Shown piece by piece: positions 1-8,895 of a stretch of DNA of 64,000 bases (positions are counted from its first letter, which is position 1; the number at the start of each line of letters is the position of its first letter). Source of the DNA: an uncultured Eubacteriales bacterium (GTDB lineage Bacteria; Bacillota; Clostridia; Oscillospirales; Acutalibacteraceae); the NCBI GenBank assembly GCA_964424555.1, contig CAYRIX010000002.1, positions 1 to 64,000 of the forward strand. Direction: 5' to 3'. A model generated the notes under the pieces. That model was not told the DNA's origin, ran no database searches, and was given only the letters and a program-made list of their open reading frames with translations. Both the position numbers and the translations under genes were made by a program.

Positions 1-303
1 CTGCCTCAAAGTTTGCCAAAGGAACTGCTCCTTCGGTCTGGGTGTGGTCGATCCATGTTGCGAAGCGGACGGTCGTTCCCTTTATACTGTCTGCTATTGT
101 TGCATACGGATCGAAGTTCTCCCACTCGGTACCTTGAACGCCTGAAGGCTTGGTTGCAATAACCTCGCTGTTGTTAGCGTCTCCCGTATTGGAAGCCTGC
201 GATGAGGTGGTGTCCTTATCGCCACCGCCACATGCGGTCAGGGCAAGAACGAGCATGCACATAGCAAAAACTAAGCACAAAGCTCTCTTAATGCCGGTTT
301 TCA
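1..303 (-). CDS. ABC transporter substrate-binding lipoprotein (N-terminal part; gene continues past the window start)
   Basis: Minus-strand ORF missing from the ORF track. ATG is the complement of 301-303, preceded by GGAGGAA. N-terminus MKTGIKRALCLVFAMCMLVLALTACGGG has a lipobox. The VRFATWIDHTQ segment is typical of family-1 sugar SBPs. Confidence 0.55.
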
Positions 304-497
304 TAAAAATTCCTCCTAAATGTATTGTAGAATGTACAGTGCTTCTGTATTCGGCCTCACAACAGATCAAAAAGACACAAGCACCCATACTTCTTTTTTA
401 TAATATCAAATATAAATCGGGTTTTCAATAAAGTTTTTAATCTTTCTTCCGAAAAAATAACCAAATTTCAACCCGATTTATTGTTGATATTTCAGTA

Positions 498-1508
498 TTA
501 ACCCGTGATACCTACACGGTCGATACTCTTGACGAACTTTTTCTGAAGAATTAGATAGACAATGAGTATCGGAATGATGAACATAAAGCAACCTGCCATC
601 ATGATAGCTATTCTCAACGGGTCATCACCTGAAAGCCTCAGTGTTCCGATAGCTTCGGCCGAGGTTATCTCGCTGAGCTTAACTGCCAGCGGCCACTTCT
701 CTGCGTAAAGGTACATCGAAGCCAACTGATAGTCATTCCAATGCCAAATAAGCGAGAAGACGGTAACTGTAGTGATAACAACGCTGGAGGACGGAAGTGC
801 AATTCTGATATAGGTCTTAAGAGGACCTGCACCATCGATCCAAGCTGCTTCCTCAAGCTCCTTGGGAAGTCCCTTAAAGAACTGAGTGTAGATGTAAATT
901 ATGATACCCGAACGGATGCCAACGCCCAATACTGCAGGCAACCAGAAGGTCCACACAGAGTTGAGAACATTGGGTCTTAGATCGATTCCTGTAAGGTCGT
1001 TAATCACGCCGAGCAATCCCAGAAAATCGAGCTTTGAGTAGTTCATGAATATCGGCAGCATCATCATCTGTGTAGGAACGAGGATGAGGAGGAACATGAA
1101 GAATGTGAGCACTCTCTTCTCCTTAAACTCGAAACGTGCCATACCGTATGCGCACAGTGAACAGCTGATGATCTGAATGCCTGCAGATACGATCTCGTAC
1201 AAAATCGTGCTCCAGATAGCACTGCCGTACTTCATAACATGCCATGCATATTCAAAGTTTTCTAAAGTGACATCCGAGGTTATCCAAATGATAGACGGGT
1301 CATAGAAGGAATCTCTTGTTCTGATTGCCGAGCTTATCATGTAGAACAGAGGATACAGGATTATGTATCCTATAGCAATAAGAACAACGTAGCGGAGAAG
1401 CGAAGTGAGAACTCCGTTCGCCTTAATCACTGCCTTGTAGCGGGATTCTTTGGTAGAATTTTTTGCTTTGTCATACAAGCCTTTTACTCTGCTTATAATG
1501 TTTCCCAT
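498..1508 (-). CDS. carbohydrate ABC transporter permease (MalG/LplC-like)
   Basis: Six predicted TM segments. EAA loop ELEEAAWIDGAGPLKTYIRIALP. Stop overlaps the start of the next permease. Confidence 0.85.
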   Translation of the reverse strand: MGNIISRVKGLYDKAKNSTKESRYKAVIKANGVLTSLLRYVVLIAIGYIILYPLFYMISSAIRTRDSFYDPSIIWITSDVTLENFEYAWHVMKYGSAIWSTILYEIVSAGIQIISCSLCAYGMARFEFKEKRVLTFFMFLLILVPTQMMMLPIFMNYSKLDFLGLLGVINDLTGIDLRPNVLNSVWTFWLPAVLGVGIRSGIIIYIYTQFFKGLPKELEEAAWIDGAGPLKTYIRIALPSSSVVITTVTVFSLIWHWNDYQLASMYLYAEKWPLAVKLSEITSAEAIGTLRLSGDDPLRIAIMMAGCFMFIIPILIVYLILQKKFVKSIDRVGITG

Positions 1509-2470
1509 TAGCTTCTACCTCCTGTATCCCAACGTTTTAAGAACAGCTTAGAGAATATAAACATAATCAATGCCATACATACGCCGACGATTATGAAGTA
1601 TATCCAAAGCATTGCAGATGCTGTACCGTAGCTTGAAGCGGCACCTCTCATAAGGGTGTAAGCCTGTGTCATAACCGCATTATTCTTAGCAGTGACCAGC
1701 TCAACCATTGTGAAGACGATAACCAGAATAAGCGTTCTGGACAGCATGGGGAGTGTGATAAACCAGAACTCCTCCCACTTTGTAGCACCCTCGACCTTAG
1801 AGACCTCATAGAGTGAATCTGGGATCGACTGCATACCTGAGATAAAGAGTACTATCTGGATACCGCTGTTCCAAACAAGGTTGAAAATATTGTTGAGCAA
1901 GCTGGCAAAGAAGGTTCCGATCTGTGTGGGCAAGGACAACCATGCTATAATGTCCTCTACCTTAAGCATGTTAGATGCGAACGAATCGGAAACACCTGCC
2001 GAAGAAATATCGCTTGTGGTGGTTTTAAACAGCAGGTCAATAACTACACCCGAAGCGATGATAACGGGAAGGAAGTAAAGACCTCTGAAGAAAAGTCTTC
2101 CACGGAACTTCTGATTAAGAAGCAGAGCCAAAATAAGGCTTATGATTACGATAACGGGAAGAGAGCCCGCCATGGAACCCAAGGAAGCCCATACATTATT
2201 TTGGAAGTTCGCATTGGTGTTCCATGCGTAATCGAAGTTCTTCATGCCTGCAAATTCGAAGTGGTATTCACCGCCCGAAAAGCTTACGTCACAGAAGGCA
2301 TAATAGAAAGACTGGAAGAGCGGAACCACAAAGAACAGGAGAAGACCCAGCTCCCAATGGAGAACAAAACGGCGTCCGTATGTGCTCTTGAGTGACTCTA
2401 TACCTCTGTATTTCTTCTTTTTCTTCAAAGAATTAAGAGGGGCACTGTTTTTCATATTATCTGCTGTCAT
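1508..2470 (-). CDS. carbohydrate ABC transporter permease (MalF/LplB-like)
   Basis: Polytopic. Basic N-terminus KKKKYRG then LplB-like TM1. Conserved EVSKVEGATKWEEFWFITLPM loop. Confidence 0.8.
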   Translation of the reverse strand: MTADNMKNSAPLNSLKKKKKYRGIESLKSTYGRRFVLHWELGLLLFFVVPLFQSFYYAFCDVSFSGGEYHFEFAGMKNFDYAWNTNANFQNNVWASLGSMAGSLPVIVIISLILALLLNQKFRGRLFFRGLYFLPVIIASGVVIDLLFKTTTSDISSAGVSDSFASNMLKVEDIIAWLSLPTQIGTFFASLLNNIFNLVWNSGIQIVLFISGMQSIPDSLYEVSKVEGATKWEEFWFITLPMLSRTLILVIVFTMVELVTAKNNAVMTQAYTLMRGAASSYGTASAMLWIYFIIVGVCMALIMFIFSKLFLKRWDTGGRS

Positions 2471-2473
2471 CTC

Positions 2474-4771
2474 TTATGCCCCCTTTACTGTAAAATCGCT
2501 TGCTGCGACCGTGATATCGCCCTCGGTGTAATCGGTGCTTCCGTAGTTTACGTATACGGTAACACCGTTGTCGAAGGTCGTAACTCTGACATCATCTGTG
2601 AGTATCTTATGATCGACTATCTTAGCACCGTTGACCGAATCAAAATAGCTCTTGTATTCTGCAATATTTGCTTCAATGGTCTCTCGAGCGCCACGCTCGA
2701 TCGTATCGTCCCAATACACAGAGCCGTAGAAAACATTCTGTGCCGAGGTAATAAGGTCGGTATCGTACTCACCGATAAGGGTATAGGTAAGACCTAAGCC
2801 CGACTCAACCGCCTTAAGAAGATTGGTGCGGTCGTTAGTGGAGAGATTGATCGAGGTACCCGACATGGAAACCGAGCCCTTAAAGACTATCTGATAGAAA
2901 GGAACGTCTGCCTCAAAAGAACGGTACTTTGAGGACTGCGTCGGTACATCGTATACATGAGAGCAAAGTGCTGCTGCAAAGGCATTGGCGTCACTGCCCG
3001 CTACCTTGTAGCCATCGGTCTTGTATGCACCGATGATTGCACCGACCTGATCGTCGGTATGTGCTCTTGAGTAGTATTGCTCATCGCAGTAATCAGAGTA
3101 GGTAATACTTGTCAAAGTATCAAGGCTGATACCCGGAAGCTTCCATTCTTTTGCAGCCTCGTTAATATTGGAGGCGACCTCGGACCACTTGGAACGAGAT
3201 ACAAGATAGTATGTGCGAAGCTTCTTATTAGGCGTTCTCAGGTTGTAGGAGAAGTAGTTAAGCTCGGTAAAGCTGCCGTTAGCTGCATCTGCCTTTCCAA
3301 AGCCAGTGGAAACTCCGCCGCCCGAACTGCTGAAGCGAACCATGTCAAAGTTCATGTAAAGGTTGATACCGTTACTGTTGGAATAGTCAACAAGCTTTTT
3401 GATATCGTCCTCATCGCCGAATACTTCATTTATCTCATAGTTACCTGCGACAACTCCGATATCGTTACCGCTTGAACCGAAGCCCACAAGGTTGACGTTA
3501 ATATTGTCAAGCTTGGTTACTTCCTTGACATCCTTAACGATATCGTAAGCCTGTTCAAGAGTGGTTGCCGAAAGCATTGCATCACTCGGAATACCGAAAT
3601 GGAATTCCTTAGTCTCAATACCGCCAACCAGCTTAAGGTTAAGCAACGAATCGTTGGACTTTTCACCGCTCAAAGAGCCTGTTTCGGTGAGATAATCACG
3701 GTAGGTATTTGCCATACCTACATATGAAGCATCGTCTCCGTAGAGCGGGTAGAAGCCGACACAGATCTTGTCGCTTGTAAAAGCATCCGCAAAGATCTTA
3801 GTCTTGACTATGGTTGAGGTGAACAGTGACTGAATGACCTCCTGATAGCCTCTGATATGGAACTCAGAGCTGATATAGGAGTAGCCCGTGAGCTTCTGAG
3901 CTATAACAGTGCTGATACGTGCCGTCTCTGCACCCTCTTTGATGATTGCACAAACACCCTTATCGCCGTTGACTGCGCCGTATACGGGCATTCTGACGGT
4001 CTCGGTGTTGGTTGCATTTTCAAACTGTGTAACGTTAGCATCCTGTCCATATACTACCTCGGTAAGCTCAACAGCAGCATCCTTAGTATTGTCGACTACG
4101 GGACGAACCAAAGCGCCTGAGCCCGAGGGAGTGAACAGATAGTAGCCATCGGTATCCGCATTATTATTGGAGACCGAGCAGAAGAACGGTGCAATGGTCA
4201 CACCACAAACATTGTAATCGTCATTCTCGGTAATTCCGTAAGGATCGACCGAAACATCGACACCTTTATCGGTAAGGGTAAAGGTAACGGGTACAGAAAA
4301 CGCACGGTCCTCAAAGTAACAGGTCATCACAAGACCATCTGCAATAGCCTTGACCGAATATGTACCCTTGTCGATAGACATGGCATAAGCGTTTGTCTCT
4401 TCTTCAAGGAGGTTGGAGGTTGCATAGTACTGTACAATGATGGGAGACTTTACTCTCGGGTGAGCGCTGACCTTTGAGCCCTCACCGTCAACACTGTAGT
4501 CGTACTGCGAGTTGAGCGCATCCTCGGGGATGTAGCTCCACTCGGTCTCGGTCACCTTGTCAAAAAGGATAACGCATTCATCATCTGCATTCCAGATCAA
4601 GCTGTAACGGTCGTTCTCGGCCACACAGGTGGTCTCGAGACGGTCAAGCTCTTCGGGAATTGCAAAATATTCTGCAGCTGCACGATCACTCGAGCAACCA
4701 ACTCCGCAAAGGAGGAGGGCCGAACAAAGCAGCAAACACAGAACTGAACCTAAAATTCGTTTGAACTTCAT
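2474..4771 (-). CDS. large secreted lipoprotein, unknown function (possibly glycan-active)
   Basis: Signal peptide plus lipobox (LLLCGVGCSS). 765 aa with no TM segments. Strong RBS AAGGAGGAG. Lies between the two permease pairs. Confidence 0.7.
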   Translation of the reverse strand: MKFKRILGSVLCLLLCSALLLCGVGCSSDRAAAEYFAIPEELDRLETTCVAENDRYSLIWNADDECVILFDKVTETEWSYIPEDALNSQYDYSVDGEGSKVSAHPRVKSPIIVQYYATSNLLEEETNAYAMSIDKGTYSVKAIADGLVMTCYFEDRAFSVPVTFTLTDKGVDVSVDPYGITENDDYNVCGVTIAPFFCSVSNNNADTDGYYLFTPSGSGALVRPVVDNTKDAAVELTEVVYGQDANVTQFENATNTETVRMPVYGAVNGDKGVCAIIKEGAETARISTVIAQKLTGYSYISSEFHIRGYQEVIQSLFTSTIVKTKIFADAFTSDKICVGFYPLYGDDASYVGMANTYRDYLTETGSLSGEKSNDSLLNLKLVGGIETKEFHFGIPSDAMLSATTLEQAYDIVKDVKEVTKLDNINVNLVGFGSSGNDIGVVAGNYEINEVFGDEDDIKKLVDYSNSNGINLYMNFDMVRFSSSGGGVSTGFGKADAANGSFTELNYFSYNLRTPNKKLRTYYLVSRSKWSEVASNINEAAKEWKLPGISLDTLTSITYSDYCDEQYYSRAHTDDQVGAIIGAYKTDGYKVAGSDANAFAAALCSHVYDVPTQSSKYRSFEADVPFYQIVFKGSVSMSGTSINLSTNDRTNLLKAVESGLGLTYTLIGEYDTDLITSAQNVFYGSVYWDDTIERGARETIEANIAEYKSYFDSVNGAKIVDHKILTDDVRVTTFDNGVTVYVNYGSTDYTEGDITVAASDFTVKGA

Positions 4772-4787
4772 TATAATCTCCTCCTTC

Positions 4788-6971
4788 TTAGAATAGTTTG
4801 AGTATCTCGGTATAAATGGTACCTACAAATCCTCCAAGCTGCTGCAACAGAACTGCAACGGCGATAAGCAGGAATATTACTATGGCACAACCGAACAGGG
4901 TCAGCAGTGTAGTACCGATGAACTTCATTACACCGTAGTCATGCACGATTATCGAGCCTGCGGTCAACAGAATCAATGTATATCCTGTGCAAATTACGGT
5001 CAAAACGCTGAGGAAAGCAGCCTCGTCGGGAACAAGGATGTTCGAGCAAATGATGTAAATAAGGCTTCCCAGCAACGACGGAATAAGGCTGTAGCTTATT
5101 ACCGTGAAAATTTCCTTGATCTTACCCTTACCGCTGAACAGTGTACATACTGCCCAGTTAGTTACGGTCCACAGAATAACCAGACCTGCTGTTTTGGCAA
5201 GGATCAAAAGTGCGTTGTAGCTGGACGGGTCGAAATATGTGAATGCGAAGCCGCCCATTGTTGTTTCCATGACGTCGAAGACGTAATAGAGAGCAATTAT
5301 CACGAGACATATGGGAATCGAGGTAAGACCCTTCTCCTTCATATCACGGAAGTTCTCGAAGGGATGTGTAATCATGGTTGCGGCAAGGTGAGCCTTCTCG
5401 TTCTTGATAAGTCTTACCTTCTTCTTGGTGGAGTAAACCAACAGAGCAATAAGAGCTGCTATCAAAACAACTGCAACAATAATTACCAGCGTGAAGTTTT
5501 CACGCAACCACTCGGTACGTACGCTGTCAAAAGCGAGAGCATATGTCTCACGGTCGTAGCCCTGCTCAGCAAGCTCTATAGACTTATTCATGTAGGTTGC
5601 CGAAAGCTCAGCATCCTCGGTAGTCTGACCCATTGCGTAGTAAGCTCTTGCAAGACCTGCGTAGGCCATCTGACAGTTGCGGTCAGCGGCAAGCACATCG
5701 GTCCACTCCTGCATGGCTTCCTCGTAATCGCCGACAACAGTCTTAGCCTGAGCCGTCTTGATGAGCTTTCCGTGCTCGGTAATATTGAACACGGTAACGG
5801 TATCCTGATTGTTATCAGTGATAATTACCGACTGGGTAGCGAGATTGTAGCTGATAGAACTGGGGTTGTAGAAGGTTCCGTCCTGAAGGCCGCCCTTAAG
5901 ACCGCCACCGAATGCCGAAACAAGGTTACATTCGCTATCATAAATATATATTCTGCCGTAAGTAGCATCGATGGTATAAACGAAACCGTCGTTATCTGCT
6001 GCAACACCAATCAAGCTCTGAGTACGCAAGCTCTTAGTGGTGGGGTTGCTGCCAACCTCGTCATCAACGAAGTTAATGCTGTCAGAGGGCAAAATATTGG
6101 TTCCGCCCGGATTAAGGCGCTTTATCTGAGCCGACTGACTTGTCGCACCGGTTGAGCTGGTTGCGGTATACACGAAGCCTTCGCCGTCAACCCAAAGGTC
6201 GGAGAAGGTGTACGGCAGAGAACGGGTCATCTCGGCACGCTTTTCGTTGTTCATGAACAATCTGTTCCACAGGGTGGTAAGTGCCTGTGTAAAGGTAGCG
6301 GGAACATCGTTAGCACCGTAGAAGCCAAGGAACTCATCCTCAGGTGAGTAAAGGATAGCACCGTAGTACGAACCGTTACTGAGAATGTAAACATATCCCT
6401 TTTGGTCAACTGCAACCTTGACGGGCTGATAGTTGAAGCCTGTGGGGATGAGGTGAGAATCCGGCAGAGTGTAAAGTCTTATAAGCTTGCCTTCAGCATC
6501 GCATTTAATAACACGCTGATGCTGGGTATCGGCAATATAGACGTTTTCAGCTTCATCAACAAAGATGCCCTTGGCCTTCAAGAAGTCTAATCTGGTGCCA
6601 TCCTCATCAAGAACATAGGAAAACTGGCTCTTAATATTATACTCTTCATCAAGGAGTAATACTCTGGACGCACCGCCGTCGAGAACATAGGTAATTCCCG
6701 AGTCTGATACATGAGCATCGTCGATAGTAGAGCTGGCCGAACAGCCAAGATCAAGAGCAGTCAGCACCTTGCCTGTTTCATACATAGGCTTGGTAGGAAC
6801 GACTCGGTTGGTCTGACCTGTAAAATTGTACCAATATGTGTAGGAATCATAGCCTATCTCGTCGGTCTTTTCAGAAACGGCTGAAACACCGATCACAGGG
6901 ACGAGCACGAGAACAGCCATCACACAAAGCAGGACACGGATAAGGAGCTTGCCAAAATTTGTTTTCTTCAT
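4788..6971 (-). CDS. NHL-repeat beta-propeller / TPR-like / Yip1-domain membrane protein
   Basis: Start re-set to MKKTNF (RBS AAGGAGGG, 7-nt spacer). N-terminal signal anchor. About six NHL-like blades (ENVYIADTQHQRVIKCD, KGYVYILSNGSYYGAILY, NDGFVYTIDATYGRIYIYD). A TPR-like helical segment. One TM segment followed by a five-TM Yip1-like C-terminal domain. Confidence 0.75.
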   Translation of the reverse strand: MKKTNFGKLLIRVLLCVMAVLVLVPVIGVSAVSEKTDEIGYDSYTYWYNFTGQTNRVVPTKPMYETGKVLTALDLGCSASSTIDDAHVSDSGITYVLDGGASRVLLLDEEYNIKSQFSYVLDEDGTRLDFLKAKGIFVDEAENVYIADTQHQRVIKCDAEGKLIRLYTLPDSHLIPTGFNYQPVKVAVDQKGYVYILSNGSYYGAILYSPEDEFLGFYGANDVPATFTQALTTLWNRLFMNNEKRAEMTRSLPYTFSDLWVDGEGFVYTATSSTGATSQSAQIKRLNPGGTNILPSDSINFVDDEVGSNPTTKSLRTQSLIGVAADNDGFVYTIDATYGRIYIYDSECNLVSAFGGGLKGGLQDGTFYNPSSISYNLATQSVIITDNNQDTVTVFNITEHGKLIKTAQAKTVVGDYEEAMQEWTDVLAADRNCQMAYAGLARAYYAMGQTTEDAELSATYMNKSIELAEQGYDRETYALAFDSVRTEWLRENFTLVIIVAVVLIAALIALLVYSTKKKVRLIKNEKAHLAATMITHPFENFRDMKEKGLTSIPICLVIIALYYVFDVMETTMGGFAFTYFDPSSYNALLILAKTAGLVILWTVTNWAVCTLFSGKGKIKEIFTVISYSLIPSLLGSLIYIICSNILVPDEAAFLSVLTVICTGYTLILLTAGSIIVHDYGVMKFIGTTLLTLFGCAIVIFLLIAVAVLLQQLGGFVGTIYTEILKLF

Positions 6972-6984
6972 ATCTTTGCCCTCC

Positions 6985-7947
6985 TTATTCCTTAATACCT
7001 GCACTACTCATGGATTCCATAACGTTACTCTGAGAAATCAGATAAACTATTATTGGCGGTAGCATGAGTATACACGTAACAGCCATAGCACTACCCGAAC
7101 GGGCGATACCGCCGGCCGTTATCTGTCCCATGATGGTCGGCAAGGTCTTCAGTGCCTCGCTGAAGATGGTACCGCCCGGTACCGATGCCCAAACATCACG
7201 GAAAGTAAAGAGGGTCAAGGTCAGCCACATCGGCTTAACAATGGGCATTACTATTCTCCAGAAGATTCTGAAATAGCCCGCACCGTCGATCTTGGCCGCT
7301 TCGAGCAATGCATTAGGTAACGCACCCTCCATATACTGTTTCATAAGGAAGACACCCATTGTTGACGCAAAGTGCGGCAGTATATATACCCAATATGTAT
7401 CAACTATGTGGATGCTTGTATATATAATGTAACGTGGGATGTTGAGGGTGTAACCGTTAAACAAAAGCGAAAACTGGATGATGTAGAATATTGTCTTCTT
7501 GAACTTGATATTCGACTTACACAGAACGAATGCAGCCATCGAAGCGATAACGACATAAAGGAAAGTCGTACCGAGGGTTACAAACAAGCTGTTGAAGACG
7601 TATCTTGACAACGGGATTCTAAGATTTGAAAGCAGCTCGGGCAGTGCGGCATAGTTCGCAAAGGTCGGGCGCTTAACGAAGAACTGGGGCGGGAAGATCA
7701 TGATCTCGTCCAAGGGCTTCAAGGATGTACAAATACAGTAGATGAGCGGCAGGATAGAGAAGCAGCCTGCTGCGATGATAAAGAAGAAGTAGAAGAAATT
7801 ACCTACTTTTGAGCGTGTATAACGCTTTGCCTCAGACTTCGAAGCACGTCTGCGCTTCGGAGCTTTGGTTTCGTTGACCGAGTCACGCAAAGCCTTGGCA
7901 CCGCTCGGTAAAATCAAAACTTCCTGTTTTCTTCTGAATAAACTCAC
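6985..7947 (-). CDS. carbohydrate ABC transporter permease (MalG/LplC-like)
   Basis: EAA loop LLEAAKIDGAGYFRIFWRIVMP. Polytopic. Confidence 0.85.
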   Translation of the reverse strand: MSLFRRKQEVLILPSGAKALRDSVNETKAPKRRRASKSEAKRYTRSKVGNFFYFFFIIAAGCFSILPLIYCICTSLKPLDEIMIFPPQFFVKRPTFANYAALPELLSNLRIPLSRYVFNSLFVTLGTTFLYVVIASMAAFVLCKSNIKFKKTIFYIIQFSLLFNGYTLNIPRYIIYTSIHIVDTYWVYILPHFASTMGVFLMKQYMEGALPNALLEAAKIDGAGYFRIFWRIVMPIVKPMWLTLTLFTFRDVWASVPGGTIFSEALKTLPTIMGQITAGGIARSGSAMAVTCILMLPPIIVYLISQSNVMESMSSAGIKE

Positions 7948-7959
7948 TATCCCACCTCC

Positions 7960-8877
7960 TTACTTTCCTGTCATATTGAGTAGTTTTCCTATCAATAGTC
8001 GGAAGACGACCATCATCAGGAATAGCACAACCGAGACCGATGACGCATAGCCCAGCTCGTATCGTACCGTACCAAGGTCCTGCATATGTGATACTATCGT
8101 ATCTGCCGCATAGCTGACGCTTGGGAAACCTGCAAGCTCTATCGCTATTGCGCTGATAGAGAATGCACTGGATATCTGCATAACAGCACTAAAGAGAAGC
8201 ATGTGCTTCATAGTGGGCAGGGTTATGTACCAAAGCTCCTGCCAACGGCTCTTGATACCGTCAATAGAGCCTGCTTCATAAAGCTCCTGATTGACGTTCT
8301 GCAAGCCTGAAATGTTGGAAAGGAAGGAAACACCCATGCTGGACCAAAGCTGAACTGCGATGATTATCGGCTTTATGTATTCAGCGGTCGACAGCCATGT
8401 AACAGGCTCGGTAATAAGACCGAGTGAAAGAAGTGCCGAGTTGATGTAACCGTAGCTGTCACTTGAGAAAGCAACCGTCCAAATGAAGTGTGCGTTACCG
8501 ACAAGTGCGGGAGCGTAGAACATGAAGGACAGAAGCGTACGGACCATCGGAGAAAATTCATTAATAAACCATGCAAGAACAAAGGAGAGAAGGAAGCCTG
8601 CAGGTCCGCAAATGATGGCGAATAACATAGTGTTCTTGAACACAACAGGGAAAACGTCGTCATCAAGGAACATTCTCATGTAGTTACCCAATCCTGCGAA
8701 GGAAGGGGAATTGACCATATCGAAGTTTGTAAAGCTGAGAACTATTGAAGAAGCTATCGGCAATACAAGGAAGACGATAAAGAAGATGAAGAACGGTGAA
8801 AGCATGATATATGACGGAAGCTGTTCACGCAATAAAGCTCTTCTTTTGATCTTTTTCAAATTTACACTGTTTTCCAT
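7960..8877 (-). CDS. carbohydrate ABC transporter permease (MalF/LplB-like)
   Basis: RBS GGAGGAGGG. LplB-like N-terminus. Conserved loop ELYEAGSIDGIKSRWQELWYITLP. Confidence 0.8.
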   Translation of the reverse strand: MENSVNLKKIKRRALLREQLPSYIMLSPFFIFFIVFLVLPIASSIVLSFTNFDMVNSPSFAGLGNYMRMFLDDDVFPVVFKNTMLFAIICGPAGFLLSFVLAWFINEFSPMVRTLLSFMFYAPALVGNAHFIWTVAFSSDSYGYINSALLSLGLITEPVTWLSTAEYIKPIIIAVQLWSSMGVSFLSNISGLQNVNQELYEAGSIDGIKSRWQELWYITLPTMKHMLLFSAVMQISSAFSISAIAIELAGFPSVSYAADTIVSHMQDLGTVRYELGYASSVSVVLFLMMVVFRLLIGKLLNMTGK

Positions 8878-8895
8878 ATATACCCTCCTCCTTTC

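Noticed and set aside
150-431. 93-aa plus-strand ORF at the window start
   Set aside because: The opposite strand encodes a convincing lipoprotein SBP N-terminus with a GGAGGAA RBS. The plus-strand product has no features.
4941-6155. 404-aa plus-strand ORF inside the NHL/Yip1 gene, and similar long antisense ORFs (23847-24782 in infB, 60252-61013 in metG, 9613-10035 in the SBP fusion)
   Set aside because: All are antisense to well-supported genes. They lack RBS and recognisable domains and are cysteine- or glycine-rich nonsense.
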